Shown in pieces: positions 1-7,575 of a stretch of DNA of 20,000 bases. Within the stretch, counting starts at the first letter, position 1. The number at the start of each line of letters is the position of its first letter. Made by a program: the position numbers and the translations under genes. The stretch comes from an uncultured virus (IMG/VR IMGVR_UViG_3300046517_000919) (lineage: Duplodnaviria; Heunggongvirae; Uroviricota; Caudoviricetes), in IMG/VR virus record IMGVR_UViG_3300046517_000919; one strand, given 5' to 3'. Under the pieces are notes generated by a model, which worked only from the letters and a program-made list of their open reading frames with translations, searched no databases and was not told where the DNA came from.

Positions 1-77
1 CCTATGTCCTCTCGGTCAAGCGCTTTCACCGCTTCTTTCAGTTTGGTGGCTGTTTCAATTGAGATTGGTTTATTCAT
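1..77 (-). CDS. Hypothetical protein, N-terminal part (runs off the window start)
   Basis: ATG at 77-75 gives MNKPISIETATKLKEAVKALDREDI..., open to the window edge. Confidence 0.5.
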   Translation of the reverse strand, partial: MNKPISIETATKLKEAVKALDREDI

Positions 78-95
78 GGGAAGGCTTCTTTCCCC

Positions 96-123
96 AAAAG
101 GGGGCGAGCCGAAGCCCGCCCCC
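96..123 (-). terminator. Intrinsic terminator
   Basis: Minus strand reads GGGGGCGGGC-TTCG-GCTCGCCCCC-TTTT just after the stop at 135; UUCG tetraloop and U-tract. Confidence 0.7.
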
Positions 124-134
124 AAGATTGCGGC

Positions 135-530
135 CTACTCGTTGATGTCGGGAACGACTTCGCCGCCGACCGTGTTGCGACGTGTCTTGCGGTCTTCCTC
201 GTAACGCCGCAGCACTACGCCGAGCGCCTTGATGATGGTCGCCAGCTTTTGCGCCGCGACTTCCCCGTCCGGGTTGACCTCGGTGGCCTTGTTGCGGAGC
301 ATCTCAGCCGCCTTCACATTATCGGCGGAAAGCGACCCCTCGACCGCTTGCTCGTCGTAGACGGCATAGAGGAAACGCTTGTACTCCTTGTCGTTCGCCA
401 ACTCTAAGTGAACGTCCTCAATCTGATCATTGAGGGTGCGCACCGCCTTGATCTTACGCTTGGCGAGGAACGCTTCCCGCGACTCGGGGAGTTGCGCTGG
501 AAGTGGCTTTGGAACATTATTCATACCCAT
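135..530 (-). CDS. Hypothetical phage protein (131 aa)
   Basis: ATG at 530 preceded by AGGAGT RBS; MGMNNVPKPLPAQ...; charged helical protein; promoter upstream. Confidence 0.75.
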   Translation of the reverse strand: MGMNNVPKPLPAQLPESREAFLAKRKIKAVRTLNDQIEDVHLELANDKEYKRFLYAVYDEQAVEGSLSADNVKAAEMLRNKATEVNPDGEVAAQKLATIIKALGVVLRRYEEDRKTRRNTVGGEVVPDINE

Positions 531-567
531 ACTCCTAGTCGGCAGGCGCATTGCACTGCCGAGGCCT

Positions 568-596
568 ACGATAGTCGCAGCTCGTGCGACGGTCAA
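568..596 (-). promoter_or_regulatory. Sigma70-like promoter with palindromic operator in the spacer
   Basis: -35 TTGACC (596-591), 17 bp, -10 TATCGT (573-568); operator AGTCGCA-GCTCG-TGCGACG at 573-591. Confidence 0.65.
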
Positions 597-606
597 GGGA
601 CGAACA

Positions 607-1092
607 ATGGCGACAACTGAGCGTCTGTCCCCCTCAAAGTTAATTCTCTCGCAGGCGGGGGTGGACGTTCTTGCTGACAGAGAGGGCAACGAGCTGACCG
701 CCTATCTCGATTCGGTAGGCGTGCTGACCATCGGCATCGGCCACACCAGCGCCGCCGGGCCGCCCAAGGTCTACCAAGGGATGGTGATCACCGAGGATCA
801 GAGCCACAAGATATTCAGGGCCGACAACACCCGCTTCCGCAAGGAGGCGCTGCCGCTGGTCAAGGCGCCGCTCTACCAGCACGAATGGGACGCGCTCTGT
901 TCGTTTCTGTTCAACGTCGGGACGACCCAATTCGCTGGCTCGACCGTGCTCAAGCGGGTCAACGCCAAAGATTACGCCGGGGTGCCCGAAGCGCTTCTTT
1001 GGTGGAATAAGCCCCCTGAAATCATCCCCCGGCGCAAAGGCGAGGCGCACGATTTCGCCGAGGGCGAGCCTTATATCGCGCGGATCAGTTGA
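607..1092 (+). CDS. Phage endolysin / lysozyme (GH24 muramidase)
   Basis: Catalytic E-x8-D-x5-T motif REGNELTAYLDSVGVLTIGIGHT, then QHEWDALCSFLFNVG and C-terminal RRKGE; ATG at 607. Confidence 0.93.
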   Translation: MATTERLSPSKLILSQAGVDVLADREGNELTAYLDSVGVLTIGIGHTSAAGPPKVYQGMVITEDQSHKIFRADNTRFRKEALPLVKAPLYQHEWDALCSFLFNVGTTQFAGSTVLKRVNAKDYAGVPEALLWWNKPPEIIPRRKGEAHDFAEGEPYIARIS

Positions 1093-1378
1093 AGCTCGCC
1101 GGGTACTCGGTCTTTGGGTAGGTGATCTCGAAGCTGGTCGGATTGGGGCTGACGTGCGTTCCGCCTCGACAATCGCGGATATCGCCAACCAGCTTCGCGA
1201 TCAGCTCCATCTGCCCCTTGTTACGTTCGCTGGCGTTCGCCGCCACCTCGCCCAAAACGTAGCCTGCGAAACCGAGGAAGCCGACATTGATGATCAGCAA
1301 CGCAATCGCCAGCGGTTGCGACGACATCGCTGAGACTGCCGCAGTCCCAACCTTGCCGCCCTCTTCGACAACGCCCAT
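1085..1378 (-). CDS. Small single-TM membrane protein (possible holin or lysis accessory)
   Basis: MGVVEEGGKVG...QPLAIALLIINVGFLGFAGYVL hydrophobic segment; converges on and overlaps the endolysin stop. Confidence 0.6.
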   Translation of the reverse strand: MGVVEEGGKVGTAAVSAMSSQPLAIALLIINVGFLGFAGYVLGEVAANASERNKGQMELIAKLVGDIRDCRGGTHVSPNPTSFEITYPKTEYPASFN

Positions 1379-1422
1379 CAGCCCAGCCCATCGCGCCTCC
1401 GCCTCGCCGCCACCATAGCACG

Positions 1423-1911
1423 TCAGTGCCGGGGCTGGCGCTGATTTTGCCTCTGCTCCCTTCGCGTGGCCCAATAGCAATTATCCGGCTCATAGTGCCC
1501 ATCATTATTCCGACGATCCAATGTCAGCCCCGGCGGGGGATCGCCCATATCGGCATAAAAATTGTCGAAGATCATCCACCGCGCACACACTTTGATTCCT
1601 CGGCCACCATAATCGTCCCAGCGATCAGCCCTTGGGTTCAGGCAGCGATTCTTCATATTCGCCCATCTGGAATAAGCCGATGACGGCTTCTCCCCAACAG
1701 CATGCCCGTGCCTCAAGCGGAGCCCGCGAGTGTCGCGATAAAGGCATCCGCAACTATGAGTGGTCCCCCGAAGGTTGCCGGTAGTGGCGCGTATTTCGGT
1801 TCCGCAATCGCAGCGGCAAAGCCAATATCGATTGTGAGAACCGCTATGCGACAGTCCAAGAACGGTTAGCCGACCGAAGCGCTGACCTACGATATTAACC
1901 GGGGCGGGCAT
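1423..1911 (-). CDS. HNH homing endonuclease-like protein (GQRFGRL...CxCDCG / YGGRGI family)
   Basis: Motifs GQRFGRLTV, WLCRCDCG, SCGC, WANMKNRC, YGGRGIKVCARW, TLDRRNNDGHYEPDNCYWAT. Confidence 0.88.
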   Translation of the reverse strand: MPAPVNIVGQRFGRLTVLGLSHSGSHNRYWLCRCDCGTEIRATTGNLRGTTHSCGCLYRDTRGLRLRHGHAVGEKPSSAYSRWANMKNRCLNPRADRWDDYGGRGIKVCARWMIFDNFYADMGDPPPGLTLDRRNNDGHYEPDNCYWATRREQRQNQRQPRH

Positions 1912-1920
1912 GACGCGATC

Positions 1921-2400
1921 TTAATGGTAAGAAAACAGGTTGTCGAAGCGCCCGTAGCTGCGGTCGGGGCTCTCGCCCGCTTCGCTGTCCAGAGCGAGAT
2001 CGACGCACCGGCCCTTCTTGTTGCGCTTGATCCGCCAGCGGCGCAGCTTGTGATCGACGCCGTCGGTGGCGATGGCGATCACCACCTCAACGCGGTCCTT
2101 GGCCTGTGCGGGCCGCTCTGAGTCGTCATATTCCTTTGGCCGGATAATCATCCACGCCTCCGAGACGAACATGTAGGCGGTGACGGAATGTTCGCGGATC
2201 AGCTCGCGGATCTCTTGCGCTGCGGCCTCCTTGGAATCGTCGCCGTGGAACGGCGCCTGAACGATCAGATCGTGCGTGCCGGGACAGACGAGATGAAAGA
2301 GCGGCGTCAGCTCGCCCAGTTGGGCGGTGACGAGCACCGTCCGCGCATGATGTTCGGCGACGCGGAGAAGCCGGTCGAGATCAGTCTCGTCGTTGACCAC
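1921..2400 (-). CDS. Hypothetical phage protein (159 aa)
   Basis: GAGGAGG RBS before GTG; globular sequence with YMFVSEAW motif; coupled to neighbours. Confidence 0.75.
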   Translation of the reverse strand: MVNDETDLDRLLRVAEHHARTVLVTAQLGELTPLFHLVCPGTHDLIVQAPFHGDDSKEAAAQEIRELIREHSVTAYMFVSEAWMIIRPKEYDDSERPAQAKDRVEVVIAIATDGVDHKLRRWRIKRNKKGRCVDLALDSEAGESPDRSYGRFDNLFSYH

Positions 2401-2581
2401 GCAATTCCTCCTCGAATTGAGCCAGAGCGGCGTCCAGCTCCCAGACGCAGTCCTGCACCAGCTTGGCCCGCAGCGCGGCGGCGAGGATGGCGATTCTATC
2501 CTCCAGCACCTTCACCCGCTCCATGTCCTCGCGAAAGAGGGCGGCGTCGCGCTGCCCGAAGAGGATGTCCAGCTCGCTCAT
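2381..2581 (-). CDS. Hypothetical small coiled-coil protein
   Basis: MSELDILFGQRDAALF...; GGAGG RBS; ATGA overlap with the upstream stop. Confidence 0.65.
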   Translation of the reverse strand: MSELDILFGQRDAALFREDMERVKVLEDRIAILAAALRAKLVQDCVWELDAALAQFEEELRGQRRD

Positions 2582-2889
2582 GGGCGCGCCTCCTGCGTCG
2601 CGTTGTAGGCCTTGCGCGCGTACTTGAGGGCGCACTGAAGCGAGCAGAACGGCTGGTGCGGAGAGCCATACGATTCGCCGTCCCATATCCATCGCGTTGT
2701 GGTGAATGTCGGGATATCGGATGCCCCGCCCCGCGCGTTGAGCATGTAGGGCTGGCTGGTGTTGACCACCCTGCCGTTGCCTTTGTAGGCAGGGATGGGC
2801 TCGCCCTTCGGCCAGCGCACGGTTTCAGCAGTGACTCTTCGCGTGCCATAGCGCTCGCCGCACGAGACGCATTGGGGGCGGTGGGTCAT
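2578..2889 (-). CDS. Hypothetical Zn-binding protein
   Basis: CVSCG near the N-terminus and FCSLQC near the C-terminus; ATGA overlaps. Confidence 0.7.
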   Translation of the reverse strand: MTHRPQCVSCGERYGTRRVTAETVRWPKGEPIPAYKGNGRVVNTSQPYMLNARGGASDIPTFTTTRWIWDGESYGSPHQPFCSLQCALKYARKAYNATQEARP

Positions 2890-3113
2890 TGGTCACTCCT
2901 CACTTGATCCTGCATCTGGTCGAGCAAATCCTCTATCGCCTCGTCAGGCGTGCGGCCGGTGCCAACCGTGCAGCCGGGCTCATACTCCCCGACCCATGCG
3001 CCCCAGCCGTAGCCGTCAGGCGCGCCCTCGTTGCTCTCGCAAGTGACATCCTCCAGCCCCTTGAGGCCGAGGCGCTTGGCGATCCCGTCGAGGCGCAACT
3101 CGTCGTCGTTCAT
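2886..3113 (-). CDS. Hypothetical acidic protein
   Basis: 75 aa; C-terminal GTGRTPDEAIEDL (HicB-like GxTxxEA pattern); GGAGAGG RBS and ATGA overlaps. Confidence 0.7.
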   Translation of the reverse strand: MNDDELRLDGIAKRLGLKGLEDVTCESNEGAPDGYGWGAWVGEYEPGCTVGTGRTPDEAIEDLLDQMQDQVRSDQ

Positions 3114-3310
3114 GGCGCCTCTCCAATCGGCTTCATGTCAGCACGGATTTTGCCGGTTCCCTTGCGGAGCACGGTCGGGATGTCCTTGGCATGCTGCGCG
3201 CAATAGACGTTGCCCTTGGGGTCCGCCCAGCGGGCCTCCCGCGTGCATTGGCTCCCAGCCCCATGCTTCCAATTGATGCGCGAGGTTGTTCTGGCTTGGC
3301 ATTGGGTCAT
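3110..3310 (-). CDS. Hypothetical C3H Zn-finger protein
   Basis: MTQCQARTT...QCTR...YCAQH; GGAGAG RBS; ATGA overlap. Confidence 0.7.
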   Translation of the reverse strand: MTQCQARTTSRINWKHGAGSQCTREARWADPKGNVYCAQHAKDIPTVLRKGTGKIRADMKPIGEAP

Positions 3311-3498
3311 CGCTTCTCTCCCGGTTTCGAGGGCTTGTGACGGTAGGCCCCGGTGCGGTTGATCACGGCGCGGATCGTGGCGTGGCTGACGTTGAACGAG
3401 CGCGCCAGCGCCATCACTGTCCACTTGGTGTTCTGGGTCCGGTAGAGGTCGCGGACTTCGTCCGCTTCCTTCGGTGGCAGTTGAGTGCGGCGGCTCAT
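3307..3498 (-). CDS. Small helix-turn-helix DNA-binding protein
   Basis: EVRDLY...WTVMALARSFNVSHATIRAVI is an HTH pattern; GGAGG RBS. Confidence 0.75.
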   Translation of the reverse strand: MSRRTQLPPKEADEVRDLYRTQNTKWTVMALARSFNVSHATIRAVINRTGAYRHKPSKPGEKR

Positions 3499-3632
3499 CG
3501 CATCGCCCTCCACTTGAGCCAATCGGCGCGCGAGGCGAAGCACATGTACCCGCCGTCGACCTTGCAGATGATGGCGGCGCGCGGGTATCGGCGGCGCGCC
3601 GCGCGGTAACTCTTGACGGGCACGAAGACCAT
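3495..3632 (-). CDS. Small hypothetical phage protein (45 aa, absent from the ORF track)
   Basis: MVFVPVKSYRAARRRYPRAAIICKVDGGYMCFASRADWLKWRAMR; GGAGG RBS; fills the gap with an ATGA overlap. Confidence 0.65.
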   Translation of the reverse strand: MVFVPVKSYRAARRRYPRAAIICKVDGGYMCFASRADWLKWRAMR

Positions 3633-3635
3633 CGC

Positions 3636-3812
3636 TCACCCCCTCCACATGCCGCTGCGGCGCAACCTATGGCAGGGCTGGCAGACGGTCAGCGGCGCCC
3701 CTCTCTCTTCCCACTCCAGTTCCACCCCAAGCTGGCGCACGACCTTGTTGGTATGCAGCGGCTCCTTCCTGTGATGGCAGAGCGGGCATTTGTCGTTAGC
3801 AAGGTTTCTCAT
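3636..3812 (-). CDS. Small Zn-finger protein (CxxC...CxxCH)
   Basis: MRNLANDKCPLCHH...TVCQPCHR; ATGA overlap with the HNH stop. Confidence 0.65.
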   Translation of the reverse strand: MRNLANDKCPLCHHRKEPLHTNKVVRQLGVELEWEERGAPLTVCQPCHRLRRSGMWRG

Positions 3813-4237
3813 CGTTCTCTCCCCAACTGGATATTGCCGACATGCGACGTGCTCACACCGTAGGCGAGGCCCAGTGCTCGCTGGGTGATATGACCGCGCA
3901 ATTGCTTGATTTCCCACACTTCGCGAGCGGTGAGCTTGGGGTTGGGACCGCCGTTCCCGCGCCCCTTCGCAGCCATGTCCTGCATATTGTCGAGATGGGT
4001 TCCGAGAAAGAGGTGGCTCGGATTGACGCAGAGCGTCACGTCACACTTGTGGAGAACGTGCAGATCGTCTGGGATCAGGCCGTGGTACAGCAGCCATGCG
4101 ACGCGCGCGGCATACTGATCTTCGCCTTCGAACCAAAAGCGGGGTTGGTCATGTCCAGCTACCCCGCCCAGCCAGAGCCAGCACCCACTGTTCGGCTCTG
4201 GAATGTATTTCGCTTCGAAGCGGGCTAAGGGGCTCAC
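3809..4237 (-). CDS. HNH endonuclease with C-terminal HTH
   Basis: PEPNSGCWLW, ARVAW, VLHKCDVTLCVNPSHLFLGTHLDNMQDM; C-terminal KLT...TQRALGLAYGVSTSHV. Confidence 0.92.
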   Translation of the reverse strand: MSPLARFEAKYIPEPNSGCWLWLGGVAGHDQPRFWFEGEDQYAARVAWLLYHGLIPDDLHVLHKCDVTLCVNPSHLFLGTHLDNMQDMAAKGRGNGGPNPKLTAREVWEIKQLRGHITQRALGLAYGVSTSHVGNIQLGRER

Positions 4238-6225
4238 TGAGCCCCTCCCCGGATCACTGCCAGCAGCGCGGGATCGAGCTGCCGTCCGTACTTGATGACC
4301 ATCGGCCGAGCGGCCTTGGCCTGCCCTTGGGTCAGGAACGACCGGCCAGCGAGCGAATGGCCGAATGAAGTGTCCAACTTGTTAAAGCCCTGCCCGTCGA
4401 GCGAGAAGGCGCCGTCGCAGCGGGCTGAGAGGACGCGCAGAGCCTCGTGGACGGCTTCGACCACTTCCGAGGGGAGATCGGTCGTCCCGTTGCCCCGAGG
4501 GGCCTGTAGGGGCTTCTCAGGGGCTGCGACAGGCACGTCCAGAAGCTTGGGAGCCTCCAGCGCGCCGTCCGCGTCCTTGCTGTCCACCGCCGCCGCGATC
4601 ACGTCCATCTTATCGACGATGATCTGAGCCATCCGGCAGTCGAGCGAGCCGTCGAGCACGAGGTGCTGGACGAGGACGCTGTCGGTCTGGCCGATGCGGT
4701 GGCAGCGGTCTTCGGCCTGCGAGAGGTTGCCGGGAACCCAGTCCAGCTCGGCGAACACGACGTGGCTGGCTGCGGTGAGGGTGATGCCGACGCCTGCCGC
4801 TTGGATGCCGCCAATGAATACGCGGCAAGCCGGATCAGTCTGGAAGCGGGTAACCGCTGCGTCGCGGTCCTTGAGGTTCATCCGGCCGTCAAGCTTGACG
4901 ACGCAGTAGCTCGCGAACGCCTTCTCGATCTGGTCGATCACGTCGTGATGGTGCGCGAAGATGACGATCTTCTGGCCATTCTGAAGGCAGTCTTCGACGT
5001 GGGCGATGACCTGATCGACCTTGGCCAGCGCGACCTCGTGGCGGACCTTGGCCGTCTCGGCAAAAGCCGCCATGTTGCCTTGGTTCAGCTCCTCGACGGC
5101 CCGCTTGTAGGCGGCGGGGTCGTTCCAAGTGCGGGTTTCCTCGACGCGGGCGCGCAGCTTGGCCAGCTTGTCTTCGGCGGCGCGGGCCACTTCCGCCTCA
5201 TGCTCGACCGCTGCCTTTTCGGCTGCGCTCAGCGCTTGAAAGGCGATGACCGAACGGCGCTTGGCGGGCAGCTCGGTCAAGACATCGGCCTTCATCCGGC
5301 GGACCATGATCGAGGCGCGCAGCTTGGCCTGTAGCTCGTCCAAGTTGGAGGCCCCGGTCACGTCCCAGCCGTAGCGGCTCTGGCGCCCGGCGCAGTAGCG
5401 CATGGCGAAGCCCTTCCAGTTGGCGCCGAGCCCCTTGCGGTCGAGCGCGTGGACGAGGGTCCACAATTCGATTGGCCGGTTGAGGATCGGCGTGCCAGTC
5501 AGGAACACCCGGCGGCGGGCGCGGATCGGGTTGACGACCAGCTTCGGGTCGCGGTCCCAGTGGCCGAGGACGATCTGGGTCCGGTTCGCCTTGCCATTCT
5601 TCAGGTAATGGGCCTCGTCGCAAATCAGCAAGTCCCAAGGGGTGGCGTCGATCACGGCGCGGTACTTGGCGACCTGTTCGTAGTTGATGATCACGAAGCC
5701 GCCCGGGTTCATCGTCCCGTTGGCAATCGAAACCTTGAGCGGGCGGGTCAGCCACTTCTTGGCCTCGCGCGCCCAGTTGAGCTTGAGCGAGGCCGGGCAG
5801 ATCACCAGCACGTTGGCGACAGACTTGTCGGTGTTGATGAGGCCCAAGGCTTGGATCGTCTTGCCGAGGCCCATCTCGTCGGCGATCAGCGTGTCGGTGC
5901 GGGCCTGCGCGTAGGCGACGCCAGCGAGCTGGTACGGGAGGTAGCTGAGCCCCTGCGGGGCCGGGACGGCGATGTCGGCGGTCGCGGCGCGGCTCGCCTC
6001 GATGGAGGCCTGATCGCGCGCTGCCTTGGCGAGGCGGTCGGCGTTGATGGCGGCGACGGCTGCGGCGTCGCCCTGCGCGAGGCGCTCAGCGACTTCCGGC
6101 TTGTCGGTCCACCAGACCTTGCGGTCGGGGTTCCAGCGGGCGCCTGCGGCCTTGACGAGGTCTTTGTCGGAGAACGCCGAGCGTACGATCCAGAGAGCGC
6201 CTTCCTTCGAAACTGAGATGGTCAT
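4234..6225 (-). CDS. SNF2/SWI2-family helicase (SMARCAL1/HARP-like)
   Basis: LPYQ, IADEMGLGKTIQA (Walker A), DEAHYLKN, LTGTPILNRPIEL, GVGITLTAA, QAEDRCHRIGQ; N-terminal KAAGARWNPDRKVWW module. Confidence 0.95.
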   Translation of the reverse strand: MTISVSKEGALWIVRSAFSDKDLVKAAGARWNPDRKVWWTDKPEVAERLAQGDAAAVAAINADRLAKAARDQASIEASRAATADIAVPAPQGLSYLPYQLAGVAYAQARTDTLIADEMGLGKTIQALGLINTDKSVANVLVICPASLKLNWAREAKKWLTRPLKVSIANGTMNPGGFVIINYEQVAKYRAVIDATPWDLLICDEAHYLKNGKANRTQIVLGHWDRDPKLVVNPIRARRRVFLTGTPILNRPIELWTLVHALDRKGLGANWKGFAMRYCAGRQSRYGWDVTGASNLDELQAKLRASIMVRRMKADVLTELPAKRRSVIAFQALSAAEKAAVEHEAEVARAAEDKLAKLRARVEETRTWNDPAAYKRAVEELNQGNMAAFAETAKVRHEVALAKVDQVIAHVEDCLQNGQKIVIFAHHHDVIDQIEKAFASYCVVKLDGRMNLKDRDAAVTRFQTDPACRVFIGGIQAAGVGITLTAASHVVFAELDWVPGNLSQAEDRCHRIGQTDSVLVQHLVLDGSLDCRMAQIIVDKMDVIAAAVDSKDADGALEAPKLLDVPVAAPEKPLQAPRGNGTTDLPSEVVEAVHEALRVLSARCDGAFSLDGQGFNKLDTSFGHSLAGRSFLTQGQAKAARPMVIKYGRQLDPALLAVIRGGAQ

Positions 6226-6278
6226 GTTGTCCTCGGTAGTGTGCCGAATGAATTAGGGGCCGGGTTTGACCCCAGCCC

Positions 6279-6307
6279 CATGTAGCACCTACTGCGACAA
6301 CACGCAA
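6279..6307 (-). promoter_or_regulatory. Promoter plus operator upstream of the helicase
   Basis: -35 TTGCGT (6307-6302), 17 bp, -10 TACATG (6284-6279); operator TGTAGCA-CCTAC-TGCGACA at 6281-6299. Confidence 0.6.
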
Positions 6308-6311
6308 GCGG

Positions 6312-6605
6312 TTAGATGATGTCTCGCGAGATGACGTAGCCGAGCGAGCGCAGCCACTTGTAGGCTGGGCGCGGGAAGGACATGACGCCGTCGTAGTCCA
6401 CGATGCGCTTGCCCTCCAGCCCGAGCCCAATCGTCTCGGTCGTCTCAAGGCTCGGGAAGTCCCACTCAAGGAATACGTCAGCGCCCTGCCTGTAGAGCGT
6501 CATGGTCGAGGCGTGACGGCCGAGGCTGCGCTCGCCCCACGAACCCTGTTGGATGATCTCCTTAGCCGGGAAGGTGATGCTGGCGATGGTTTCAAGGTTG
6601 CTCAT
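6312..6605 (-). CDS. Hypothetical phage protein (97 aa)
   Basis: Clean ORF with IVDYDGVMSFP motif; ATGA overlap. Confidence 0.75.
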   Translation of the reverse strand: MSNLETIASITFPAKEIIQQGSWGERSLGRHASTMTLYRQGADVFLEWDFPSLETTETIGLGLEGKRIVDYDGVMSFPRPAYKWLRSLGYVISRDII

Positions 6606-6856
6606 TGGTCACTCACTTTCTCGGCAATGGTTTCGATCTCGCGGATCAGGTTGGTAAGGGTCTGGTAGCGGGCGGCGTGCTCCTTGGCGGCTTGGAAGCC
6701 CGCCAGCCCGCCTTGGACGTAGTAGTCGCGGGGGTTGGGCGCGGCGGCGCCAAGGGCGTCCCGCGCCGCGCGCAGGGCATCCAGCGCGTGGATGTAGCCG
6801 TCGAGGAGCGCCTGCTTGGCGCTCCCGTTGAGGTGTACGGTCGGGACCACCATCAC
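6602..6856 (-). CDS. Hypothetical phage protein
   Basis: (V)MVVPTVHLNGSAKQALLDGY...APNPRDYYVQG; GGAGGAGG RBS; overlaps the SprT stop. Confidence 0.75.
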   Translation of the reverse strand: MMVVPTVHLNGSAKQALLDGYIHALDALRAARDALGAAAPNPRDYYVQGGLAGFQAAKEHAARYQTLTNLIREIETIAEKVSDQ

Positions 6857-7503
6857 GCCTCCTCCGCCTTCATGGGCTCGTCGCAGTCGCCGCAGATCAG
6901 GTTGGCGTCGGGCTTGGCCCATGCGTTGGCGTCGCACGCCGGGCAGGAGTACTTGGTCTTGGACGCGGCCTTCTTCTTGGCCTTGGCCCGGCCCTCGGTC
7001 GTCCACGCCTCGACGTAGTCGATCACCACGCCCTGACGCAGAAGCTTGGCGCACGCCACGTCGAAGGCCGCGCCTTTGACGATCTGGTGGGTGACCTTGT
7101 TGCCGACTTCCTTGCCCGGCTGATCGACGCTGATCGGCTTGAGGCCGACGCGGTGCATCCACGCCGCCCATTCGCGGTTGTGGTAGCCGCCCTTGGCGGG
7201 TTTGCCGGTGTGGTACTGCTCCAGATGCACCATCTCGTGGACGAGGATCGACAGGATGAAGGTCGTATCGGTCTTCTCGAAATGGGATGGGTTCAGCGCG
7301 ATCTCGTCGGTGTGGGCCTTGCCGTCGCGGGTCTTGAAGCGCGCCCCGGCGAAATATCCGCCGCAGTTTGCCTTGCGCTGGAGGGTGACGAGGCACGTCG
7401 GCAGTTTGCCGCCGAACAGCTCGGCGTTGAGGTAGTCGTAGGCCTGAACCAAGCTGAGATAGGTGGTCTTGGTGGGGTCTTTGGCTGGGGTAATGGCGTT
7501 CAT
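6853..7503 (-). CDS. SprT-like zinc metalloprotease
   Basis: YLNAELFGGKLP, EIALNP, LVHEMVH (HExxH), GYHNREW, C-terminal CxxC...CxxC ribbon. Confidence 0.9.
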   Translation of the reverse strand: MNAITPAKDPTKTTYLSLVQAYDYLNAELFGGKLPTCLVTLQRKANCGGYFAGARFKTRDGKAHTDEIALNPSHFEKTDTTFILSILVHEMVHLEQYHTGKPAKGGYHNREWAAWMHRVGLKPISVDQPGKEVGNKVTHQIVKGAAFDVACAKLLRQGVVIDYVEAWTTEGRAKAKKKAASKTKYSCPACDANAWAKPDANLICGDCDEPMKAEEA

Positions 7504-7547
7504 GGAACTGCTCCCTTCGTGACGCAGATGATCCTGCGTCGTACGAC

Positions 7548-7575
7548 GGTGTAGCAGTTACTGCGACAAAGTCAA
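7548..7575 (-). promoter_or_regulatory. Promoter plus operator upstream of sprT-like gene
   Basis: -35 TTGACT (7575-7570), 16 bp, -10 TACACC; operator TGTAGCA-GTTAC-TGCGACA at 7550-7568. Confidence 0.6.
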
